A stretch of DNA of 29,190 nucleotides. It comes from Tubiluchus corallicola (taxonomy: Eukaryota; Animalia; Priapulida). How positions within the stretch are numbered: position 1 is the first letter of the stretch; every line of letters begins with the position of its first letter. The notes under the pieces are model-generated. The model was given only the letters and a program-made list of their open reading frames with translations, made no database searches and was not told the origin of the DNA. Below, in pieces: positions 1 through 9,802 of this stretch. Location of the stretch: contig JAQGDQ010001691.1 of NCBI GenBank assembly GCA_030141605.1, positions 1 to 29,190 of the forward strand, in the 5' to 3' direction. The position numbers were made by a program, and so were the translations under genes.

Positions 1-5
1 TTAAA

Positions 6-880
6 ATGGCGCCGCAAAATTTGTTTGTCGGAAGACTTCACAAGAACACTCGAAAAAGGGATTTGGAGAAAATATTTGAATATTATGGAAAACTTTCTCG
101 CTGTGACATTAAATACGGTAGCGGTAACACTTACGGTTTGCTTACAAGTTGCTTTTTTATATGAAGCTCTTCATTTCAGTGCTTTGAATTTCACTCCTGA
201 GGTTACGCCAAAAGATAGTCCACTTCTTAAACTTTGGGTGAATCAGTTTAGGCATAAAAAACAGCCTACTTTGGGAATGTATTTGTTTGATAAGCATCAG
301 TTGCTGACTGATTATGATAACGATAATTATAATTTTTGTCTTATTTGATTTACCTTGTTTGCCACAATAACTTTCGTGGCTCCCTCATCTAGGTTTCTAT
401 TGTGGCTGTAAGTGCAGTAGTTTTGGGTAAAGCTATATTAGTACCATGGTGAATAGCTATCCTCACTGATTGTCTCACATCAAACATAAAGGGATTATGA
501 CCCTGCGGCAGATAAGACAGTGAAATTACAGAACAGAAATTAAACTTAGTCAAAGTTAAAGCGAATTCTGAAAGTAAGTTTAAAGGAGATGTTAAATGCT
601 TATGTGAAAACAATGAAGACATTACGAAACATTTATTGATGTCTGAAAAACTGAATGAAAGAATGCGTGCAAGTAATATTATAATTGTACTTTAAAAATA
701 GGATAAATTAAAGGTAGTAAATGTGACAATTAACCAAGCCCTGAAAGTAAAGAAGTTGTTCAGAGTTGACTTTGAGATACAGAAACAGCTAATTTATTTT
801 TCTTTTATTTTGGATGGACTGATGCTGTGTTTGTGTTCGTGGTTACTATGGTTACTACAACATTACAGGCAGTGGAACGG
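6..880 (+). pseudogene. SR-protein copy A: duplicated exon 1 (6-117) and microexon 2 (869-880) only, with no downstream exons in this orientation
   Basis: ATG at 6 gives MAPQNLFVGRLHKNTRKRDLEKIFEYYGKLSRCDIKY G|gtagcg, then cag|GCAGTGGAACGG|gtgagt. The sequence then runs into the tandem repeat and the antisense of paralog B exon 4. Confidence 0.8.
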
Positions 881-1117
881 GTGAGTACTTGGTTTACTTA
901 CGTACAGTTTCTCTCTATGTTAGTGATATCATGATTAGAATATTTTGTATTGTTTTTTACTGTAGATTTTAATGCTTTATTGTTCTTTTCTTGTGCTGAT
1001 TCTAGACCTAATATAATCTCATGCAGTCGCAATACATGGCCTCCAATCAATTATATTGCTATTTTAATATAGCTCTATGTAAATTAAACATACACTGTGG
1101 TCGTTTCTTCTCCTCTT

Positions 1118-1284
1118 TTCCTTCTTCCTATCCCTAATCTTACTATTTTTTCCATTCCATCATGTCTACTAACCCTAACCATTCTTTCATTCACTCATCC
1201 TCCCCTCTCTTCCTTCTTCCTATCCCTAATCTTACTATTTTTCCATTCCATCATGTCTACTAACCCTAACCATTCTTTCATTCA
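1118..1284. repeat. ~92-bp tandem repeat, ~2 units (inverted copy of the 3885-4150 array)
   Basis: The unit ...ccttcttcctatccctaatcttactattttttccattccatcatgtctactaaccctaaccattctttcattcac... occurs twice. Confidence 0.9.
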
Positions 1285-4200
1285 CCATCCTCCACCTCCG
1301 CTTCTGCCTTGTCCGGGACCTTTGGCATACTCAACGACGATAGTATTACCCAAAACGTCTCGTCCGTTCTCGTACTTCAGAGCATCCTAGATAAACACAT
1401 AACACTTAATTTTACAAAAACAGGTGCAAGTTTCATGAAACACCCCGTACTTCTACTGTTGTGAAAAGTGTAGGAAACCGTGCGTGCATAAATTTACCTA
1501 ATTTCCAGAGAAATGTCACATTTATTTAGCTTGAACACGAGAAACTGAAATACATGACGACGTAGCCATGTTACTCGGTTTGCAAAAGTTATTATTTTAT
1601 CGACAGAGTTATATCTTAGAACCTAAGAATCAAGTATATAATTAACAAAAGAACTAAGACAAGAATATTAGTGAAAGCATCAAGCGTATTAAAATTAATC
1701 GTGACTACTAATGTTTCTATCTAGGCACACAACTAATATTGATAAAATATCATGAACGTACTTATCAATTAACTGTCTACTTATATGGGAAGGGGTCAGT
1801 TTAGAAAGCTTCCGAACGCTACAGGGTCAAAAGTCGATGTCAGCTCAACTCCAAGTAAAGGCTAACTAGACCGATCGGCCCCGGACACTAGCTCCACCTA
1901 GGCGGAGCTAGTGATACCTGGTTTCCAGTTACAACGACTTCTCCGTAAGACGGATACGCGGGCAAGACTTAGCAAGGAAAGCAGTCGCAATGCAACAAGC
2001 GATCTGATTCGCCACTCCAGTCGGTAACGGAAAAACCTGGACGGTTATTCGTCAATGGAAGAAACTCCACTGTACAAGAGATGGACAGTGCATCTCACTG
2101 CATGGAATTCAAGACTTGAGATTAAACCTATTAATATCACAGTGTTGCTGTATTAGTCATTCACAACAGCTAAACATTTTTAAAGAAAACTGTACATTCT
2201 AAGTTTTAATTATCTAGGTTTGGCACGGGAGAAATTGCATCAAAATCACTATAAGTTTACACTACATGTACATTATTTCTTATACAACTGTTTCACTAAA
2301 ATTAATAAAAAAATTAATTTAGAGTGTTTGAACAATCCTTGCTGCAAATACAGAATGACATATTAAGTCATAATTTGAGCAAATATCACAAAAAAATGGA
2401 AAATAGTCATACCTCAGCATCCCGTGCATCTTCAAAATCTACAAATGCATACGCTGAAAAAACAAAAAGGTTATTTTGAAAAAAATGACACATTACTCGA
2501 TAAACACATCGTTTATGACGTGCGCCAAACCATATAGGAGATCCAACTCGGCACAACTTCATCAGAACTAATCAGCGGAAGTGCGACAGATTCAAGTCAG
2601 ACACCCGAACGGTTCACATATTTCAGTTAATGCAGAGATACGTTAACGATATCAAACGATTCAACCGTAGACATTAGTCAACATTCAGTATTTTTAGCAG
2701 TCAAAATAATTAGAAATTAGCGAGTTTACAGAATGTAATGCATCTTTGCTAATGTAATATCATCCGATGCTTTATTGTTAATTTAATTTCTGTACATAGT
2801 TTGTAATTTCGATGTAGGGGAGACCCGGGTAAAGTGGATCACTTAAGGGTCTTCGCTCATAGAGTTCCAGACGTTTGACCTGTAACAATCAATTACATGC
2901 TCTATTCTTCCGTAGGAAACTCTGCTATATTCATGTGGTAAAAACTTATAATTACTATTACTCGTTTAACAGATAATTCCGAAATACGAAACCAAAATTT
3001 CTAGGGCAAAGTGGATCTTTTACGGGCATAGTGGATCATACGTATGGGCAAGGTGGATCGGTTTAGTTTCATCGCCTTATGAGAATTATTGTGGTCCACT
3101 TGAACTGAACGAATATCTCTCAAACACATTTTCTTGAAATGTTTAGACTAACCTTTCTTAGTGAATAAATAGATTTCCCATAGATCGGTAAGTAAAATCT
3201 CAATAGAGAAGCACACAAGCGCTATTAAACTTGAAATTGAACCAAGCTTGAGTCGACTCAGCAGCTTGTGGCTCTAATTATCAACTGATTCATGTTTGAA
3301 AAGTTATTTTACAACAAAACGTAAAGGTTCATTTAGCATCTTTTTCCTTTAGGTTCAACAGCTGCACAAAATCCAACTTCGAATCGCTGCGGTCTCCGAC
3401 GACTGCGACGCCTTACGGAAAAAAGAGCAAACACATTTGATCCGCTTTGCCCAGTGATCCACTTTACCCGGGTCTCCCCTATGTATAAGCCAGGGGTACA
3501 AATCAGTTTTTTTACTGTTCGCCTCAGGCTTTATAACACAACAAATAAAAAATCTGTTTACATAAAAAACGTTTTTTCGGTGCAATTACTGTTCGGGCAT
3601 CCTGCATTTTCCAAAATAGAAAAATAAAGTTTTTCTTCTCAACAGCTGTTTATTAAAACGAAGGTAAGCATGCTGCGTCTTCCTACAGTTAACTTTCGTG
3701 TCACTCAGATTCAATCAATCAATTTATTTCACTCCAGCAATACATTTACAATACATCAACATACAATATTATTGAAACAAAAAGAAACAGTTTAGGTAAA
3801 AAAAAATGTTGATGAAGTCAAATTAACCAAATAAAAGAGTTGCTGTATGACACCTTGAAAGCTTGGCTTGTTAGGGTGGCACAAATGAGTGAACGAAAGA
3901 ATGGTTAGGGTTGGTAAACATGATGGAATAGAAAAAAATAGTAAGATTAGGGATAGGAAGAAGGAAGGGAGGGGAGGATGAGTGAATGAAAGAATGGTTA
4001 GGGTTAGTAGACATGATGGAATGGAAAAAATAGTAAGATTAGGAATAGGAAGAAGGAAGGGAGGGGAGGATGAGTGAATGAAAGAATGGTTAGGGTTAGT
4101 AGACATGATGGAATGGAAAAAATAGTAAGATTAGGGATAGGAAGAAGGAAAAGAGGAGAAGAAACGACCACAGTGTATGTTTAATTTACATAGAGCTATA

Positions 4201-5262
4201 TTAAAATAGCAATATAATTGATTGGAGGCCATGTATTGCGACTGCATGAGATTATATTAGGTCTAGAATCAGCACAAGAAAAGAACAATAAAGCATTAAA
4301 ATCTACAGTAAAAAACAATACAAAATATTCTAATCATGATATCACTAACATAGAGAGAAACTGTACGTAAGTAAACCAAGTACTCACCCGTTCCACTGCC
4401 TGTAATGTTGTAGTAACCATAGTAACCACGAACACAAACACAGCATCAGTCCATCCAAAATAAAAGAAAAATAAATTAGCTGTTTCTGTATCTCAAAGTC
4501 AACTCTGAACAACTTCTTTACTTTCAGGGCTTGGTTAATTGTCACATTTACTACCTTTAATTTATCCTATTTTTAAAGTACAATTATAATATTACTTGCA
4601 CGCATTCTTTCATTCAGTTTTTCAGACATCAATAAATGTTTCGTAATGTCTTCATTGTTTTCACATAAGCATCTGACATCTCCTTTAAACTTACTTTCAG
4701 AATTCGCTTTAACTTTGACTAAGTTTAATTTCTGTTCTGTAATTTCACTGTCTTATCTGCCGCAGGGTCATAATCCCTTTATGTTTGATGTGAGACAATC
4801 AGTGAAGATAGCTATTCACCATAGTACTAATATAGCTTTACCTAAAACTACTGCACTTACAGCCACAATAGAAACCTAGATGAGGGAGCCACGAAAGTTA
4901 TTGTGGCAAACAAGGTAAATCAAATAAGACAAAAATTATAATTATCGTTATCATAATCAGTCAGCAACTGATGCTTATCAAACAAATACATTCCCAAAGT
5001 AGGCTGTTTTTTATGCCTAAACTGATTCACCCAAAGTTTAAGAAGTGGACTATCTTTTGGCGTAACCTCAGGAGTGAAATTCAAAGCACTGAAATGAAGA
5101 GCTTCATATAAAAAAGCAACTTGTAAGCAAACCGTAAGTGTTACCGCTACCGTATTTAATGTCACAGCGAGAAAGTTTTCCATAATATTCAAATATTTTC
5201 TCCAAATCCCTTTTTCGAGTGTTCTTGTGAAGTCTTCCGACAAACAAATTTTGCGGCGCCAT
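1282..5262 (-). CDS. SR splicing factor paralog B, truncated to an RRM-only 89-aa product. Exons 5262-5151, 4399-4388, 2453-2413, 1386-1282
   Basis: All introns are GT-AG with consistent phases. Protein MAPQNLFVGRLHKNTRKRDLEKIFEYYGKLSRCDIKYGSGTAYAFVDFEDARDAEDALKYENGRDVLGNTIVVEYAKGPGQGRSGGGGW* has RNP2 (LFVGRL) and RNP1 (AYAFVDF). Exons 1-3 match paralog C in size (112, 12, 41 nt). The TGA is supplied by the inversion junction. Confidence 0.85.
1762..2127 (-). other. Putative poison (PTC/NMD) cassette exon in intron 3 of paralog B
   Basis: Aligns with 12998-13358. Conserved acceptor TAATAG|GTTT, second acceptor CAG|TGGAG (2069) and conserved donor TGATAA|GTACGTT. In-frame stops follow either acceptor (GTT TAA; TGG AGT TTC TTC CAT TGA). 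Confidence 0.7.
2817..3479. mobile_element. Non-autonomous Tc1/mariner-superfamily (pogo/Fot1-like) MITE in intron 2 of paralog B
   Basis: Perfect 27-bp TIRs (GGGGAGACCCGGGTAAAGTGGATCACT / AGTGATCCACTTTACCCGGGTCTCCCC) with TA on both sides. Internal GGGCA(A/T)(A/G)GTGGATC repeats at ~3004-3059 and inverted at ~3439-3452. No transposase. Confidence 0.9.
3711..3906 (-). mobile_element. Dispersed repeat, probable 3' end of a non-LTR retroelement or SINE (copy 1)
   Basis: Closely matches 15941-16128. On the - strand it ends AATAAA + (TTGA)n, preceded by a stem-loop-like segment (TGCCACCCT...AAGGTGTCA). Confidence 0.65.
3885..4150. repeat. ~92-93-bp purine-rich tandem repeat, ~3 units
   Basis: ATGAGTGAA unit starts at 3885, 3978 and 4070. 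Confidence 0.92.
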
Positions 5263-5267
5263 TTTAA
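3984..5267. repeat. Right arm of the inverted duplication
   Basis: Reverse complement of 1-1284. Confidence 0.97.
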
Positions 5268-5592
5268 AGAAAATGTCAATGAATGCGGCTTTTGCTGTTA
5301 CCTCTTCTCGGAGTGCAAAGTTTCAGTCGAAAAATGTGAATAACATTAAACCTTATAATGTAAAAATAACCGAGTAATGCCGAGAAGAGCAAAAATCCAC
5401 ACAATTCCTAAAATACAGAGTAAGCATTTTGCGACATAAGATTCATAATTAATTTTTAAATTTAAAGGGTTTGCAGAGGTTGGTAAATTCCATAGTTTCC
5501 AAACGGCGGGAAAATTCACGTGTCTATGTCATTGCACAGAAATTGTTGGTCCGCCTTTATCTATTTTGTTACTACGATTTCGACGTTGTTTT
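5263..5592. promoter_or_regulatory. Probable bidirectional promoter between SR paralog B and CDCA7: E2F site GGCGGGAAAA (5505-5514), E-box CACGTG (5517-5522), TTTAAA CHR-like motifs (~5455-5466)
   Basis: The genes are head-to-head and the motifs are read directly from the sequence. A probable CDCA7 5'UTR intron runs 5593 (gtaagt) to 6130 (gacag). Confidence 0.55.
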
Positions 5593-6146
5593 GTAAGTTT
5601 GATTAGTTTTTTTGTTTTTAAGCAATCATTTTCAGCAACAAATATTCATATTTTACTGCTGTGAGTCATGGTGATTACCACATTAAATTTAAATCCTTTA
5701 TTGACAATTACTTTGTGGAATCATGAGATTTCTATGAAAGCACTCACTTAACCCCTAATCGTGACAGTACAGCAATATTTTTATTTTCAAAATTCATGTG
5801 TTCCAGTAATTCGCAGAGTGATTGGAATAAAAGGAAAGTACATAGAAAAATCTAAGTTATGTAGATAAAGAAATATCAAAAGCTGAGCTTTCTTTTTCAA
5901 AACAGTAATCTCGGAAAATTTCCTTTCTTTGTTTATGGAAATTTGTGCTGTTTAAGACATCAAACTTTTATGTGCAGCAAAAGTAGAACGCAAAACTAAA
6001 TTTCTTTTTGCGTTTAAGATATGTGCATTCATTGTTATTCCATTAAATTTGTAATTTTTATTTTATTAAAGAATTTGCAAGTAATGTTTTTAGATGACCC
6101 TGTAATATTATGGTTTATTGGTTATGACAGGTAACTAATAACAACT

Positions 6147-6965
6147 ATGCCACCACTTAAAGTAGAAACAGCAGATTGCGAATATGAGAAGATTCGCCTA
6201 AAAAACATAGAGGAAAAGAAAATGATGTTGTCTCAAATAATGGGAGACCTGTCAGATCTCAAACTGAAGACGAAGTCATCTCAAAGTCCAAGAAAAATCA
6301 AAAGCACAGATGGCAGTACTGTACTGAGACGTAGTAACCGGTTCACTCAGTTCAGCCCGCCACTTACGCGAGCGCGCAGCAGAGGATCCGTATCACCCAG
6401 TTCTGCCTCGTCTGACAAGTCACAGAGAGGACGACTTCTCGTGAAATTTCCATTTAAGAGTCGAAACATCAATGACGACTATCAGCTTGAAGTTGAAGAC
6501 GGTGATGCTGACAACAGTTATGAGTCTGGTAAAGCTCCGTACCGCAAAAGAACAAAAGCAAGACCTTCTAACAAACCAGTGAATGAGATAACGCAAGAAG
6601 ACATACTTACGGTAGCCACGCATGTAAAAGACAAACAGTACGATGCCGTCAATGGTAGCACTTGCCACCAATGTAGACAGAAGACCGATGATTTTAAGAC
6701 AATTTGTAGAAATGCCGACTGTTTTGGAGTTAGAGGTCAGTTTTGTGGACCGTGCTTGAGAAATCGGTATGGTGAGGATGCACAAGATGTGCTGAGAGAT
6801 CCCAACTGGATATGCCCTCCGTGCCGAGGCATCTGCAATTGCAGTTTTTGTCGCAAGAAGTCCGGTAGATCTTCGACGGGTATTCTTATTCACATTGCCA
6901 AAGAAAGTGGTTTCACAAATGTGAAATCTTACCTCGAAAGCTTTCAGAAGGGAGGGTCTCTGTAA
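6147..6965 (+). CDS. CDCA7: Cell division cycle-associated protein 7 (CDCA7/JPO1 family), zf-4CXXC_R1 domain, 272 aa, uninterrupted CDS
   Basis: The C-terminal GSTCHQCRQKT...CRNADCFGVRGQFCGPCLRNRYGED...DPNWICPPCRGICNCSFCR...TGILIH closely resembles vertebrate CDCA7. N-terminal helix YEKIRLKNIEEKKMMLSQIM. AATAAA at 7023 and 7448. Confidence 0.96.
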   Translation: MPPLKVETADCEYEKIRLKNIEEKKMMLSQIMGDLSDLKLKTKSSQSPRKIKSTDGSTVLRRSNRFTQFSPPLTRARSRGSVSPSSASSDKSQRGRLLVKFPFKSRNINDDYQLEVEDGDADNSYESGKAPYRKRTKARPSNKPVNEITQEDILTVATHVKDKQYDAVNGSTCHQCRQKTDDFKTICRNADCFGVRGQFCGPCLRNRYGEDAQDVLRDPNWICPPCRGICNCSFCRKKSGRSSTGILIHIAKESGFTNVKSYLESFQKGGSL

Positions 6966-8970
6966 ACAACTCATTTTTAAAACTCTAGCATGTTAAAGTA
7001 TTATTCAGTAACAGCATTGCACAATAAATCATCCATAATGCTGATATTTGCCATTTCATTGGTACTGCAAAACGTGTGTTCCAACTCGGCTAGATTTAAA
7101 AAGAAACTTTTTTGTCAGCACATTGCATTTTGCAATTTCGTCAAAAATTTCTGATTGTCGCCGCCAGTTAAATTGTTACTTTTGCTCGTTTTTCATTGTT
7201 TTAGAATTTTGCGAATTGCTTTTGTAAGAAGAACAAAGTTGAATTGTGTCAAACTATAATTAGAATGATATCTCTTACGTGTAGGTCTTTCTTATTTTTC
7301 AATTAATTTAGTGTATTTTAATATTATGATAACAACCAGCATTTGTTTAACTAAATTTCATAATTGTACAATTTCAAATTATAATTGTTAACATTTTAAT
7401 AATTAGTTTTTATAAGAAATTTATTGTTTGGCTTTTCAGTGTAGTGTAATAAATTACAACATTACAGTGTAGATGTGTCAGTTTGTGATGAACCACACAC
7501 GTTCGACAGCTCATGCAGTAAATACGAAATCTTAAAACTTTATCTTAAAACTTGTCTAGTTTTAGTACAACACACTGAATATCTTACAGTAGCACTGTAC
7601 TTCCAATTTCGCTTTCGCAAACACGTGCATCACGCTCGTGGAATATTTTTGCTGTTGAAAATTATGTTAGTTTGTGATGTCATCATTAGTTGGGCTCGCC
7701 CGCCGTTAATTAAGTTTTTAATCTACAATTATCAGAAATGCTTTTGCAGTATTAATTGTGTTAAAATGTATACTTTTTATCGGACTGAAAATGGGGTAGT
7801 ATAGAAAAATCATCCTGCCGTCCTTTAACGAAAGTAGCTACGGGTTATTATTACTCTCAATTTCAGCTTTTGGTTTCTTTCATTAAAGGAAACAAATAGT
7901 CTAATCTGTAATGTGTTCCTGTTGAAAAATATTTGATACCTGATTACAATGAAAGCAGGATATTGCCAAATAAAACAAAATTAATACAAAATTTGAAAAG
8001 TAAAAGCCTACAAAGGTTCAAGATTAATTTAAACACAAAATTTATTACAGTATGACAAATGGTGCAATTTAGAATGACTGTACATTTCATTTACAGTGAG
8101 TATCAATACCTGAAATCTAAACAAATATTGAAGAGTAAGTGTAATTTGATACCCGGTGATTCACTGTAAAATTAATGCGACGTACTATGTTGTCACGTTG
8201 CAAATCAAAATTTTTTTCTGAAAATTCATAAAGATTTCTTTTCGGAAAGATTATTGCTATCATTAATCCAAACCGAATACATGAAAATGTGAGCAGAAAG
8301 CTTACTTAACATCAGAAATAACCACAAAAAGCAACATATGATAGTAAGTGAATAGTACACAAATTGATAACATACAAACAGTAGCAATCAACCACTAGCT
8401 ATGCCGTCTAGGGTAAGGGTTCCCGGCTCAACAGGTTTCCTTTACCTTAGCTATCCACTCTTCACTAAGAAGAAAACTATTACATTATAAAGTTACATTA
8501 ATCAACCACAGATATTTTACCATAAAATACAAATTTTTCTATGAATAGAATTATCGGTTTACATTTTTTCTTACTAGCAACACCCGAGTCGTGACAATTT
8601 TGTTGCCGTAGTGTGAAATGTGGAAACCGTTACTTCTAAATGTATTTACAATTCGAGCCTAATAAAACGAAAACGTATCTGCAGAGTTCCGGGTATGAAA
8701 AAAGTTAAACAAAAGTACTAAGATATCACATAAACCACTCGATGCATACGCATTACTTTTGTATATAAGTTTAAAACATTTTCACCTCAGGTCTGGCCCT
8801 CATTAAGTCTACTCAGTCGTATGATTTATCTACGACTCGATACAAGTCGAACACATTTTCACATACAGTATCTAAATAATTTTTAAAACTTAATATTCTG
8901 TCTAACTGCGGTGAGTAACCTGATAAACATAATACTGAATTCTAAAAACCCACATTTTATGTTTTAACTA

Positions 8971-9442
8971 AAGTCAACCTCGGGTAGGGACATTCGCTTA
9001 TAAGGGACCACCAACACCTGTCCCGATTTTTCGTAACGTTTTTCCTATGTAAAAATCTTCGTATATAAGGTACACGGTTATATAAGACACGATATCTTCA
9101 GATTCCGCGTAATAGAAACCCAGGTAAATTACCTCGTATATAAGGGATCCTATGATCAAAGTGAAATTCATCAATTTTTAACTTCAGTTTTTCGCAAACT
9201 CAGCCTTCGAACCGCTCGGTTTCCGCGATGACATACATCTCGCATCACTGAAGGAGCTTCCTACATACCGTTTACACTGATTGTGTAGCAATAATCCATA
9301 AAAATATGGGTAAAAGTACGGAAAAATACAGGTCTAGATTCACCCTCGGTCTGACTCAACTTCGGCTATAAGGAACATTGGATATAAGGGACAATTTTTT
9401 TCCAGTGTGGAGGTACCCTGGATTTATATCCGAGGTTGACTG
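8971..9442. mobile_element. Tc1/mariner (pogo/Tigger-like) MITE, copy 1
   Basis: Termini ta|(a)AGTCAACCTCGG ... CCGAGGTTGACTG|ta with repeated ATATAAGG(G)AC motifs. Colinear with 9950-10391. Confidence 0.85.
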
Positions 9443-9802
9443 TATAAAGCAAGATCTAGAAAAAATTCTTTTTACTTTCACTACAACTATCGATCGCGCA
9501 GACGATTTAGTCATTGGCGTCGTTAATACAATAGCTATGAAACAATGTACAAACATTCATTTAAAAGATAAATCAAGTAAAATTAAAATGGAATTGTTAC
9601 AACAACACACTACAAAGAGGGTCACTATTGCAGGGAATGTTACTACAAACGTAACGTCGATTACACGGCACTAGTCATCAAAAACGTGGGTGTCCCAAAA
9701 AAATGTTTGATTTGTAAACAGTCTATGAGTGTTACACTAACAAATAACTAATCAACACGTTTCCTGTCAGATGGACAACGTCCAGTCAACATCAGCATTG
9801 TT

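Larger units (their letters stand above)
1..1284. repeat. Left arm of a large inverted duplication (mirror of ~3984-5267; may extend beyond the window start)
   Basis: Position x pairs with 5268-x (ATG 6/5262; ORFs 25..348/4920.. and 389..622/4646..4879; microexon 869-880/4388-4399). Only a handful of substitutions are visible by eye. Confidence 0.97.

Noticed and set aside
25-348. 107/119-aa ORFs (25..348 and 4920..5279) and 77-aa ORFs (389..622, 4646..4879)
   Set aside because: They are out-of-frame overlaps of SR exon 1 running into intron 1, or purely intronic. They appear twice only because of the inverted duplication.
3885-4150. TTAGGG words suggesting telomeric sequence
   Set aside because: They are isolated hexamers within a 92-bp unit, not a telomeric tract.
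6420-6974. 184-aa antisense ORF, and the ORFs overlapping the CDA exon and SR exon 4
   Set aside because: They are shadows of real coding exons with no recognisable motifs.
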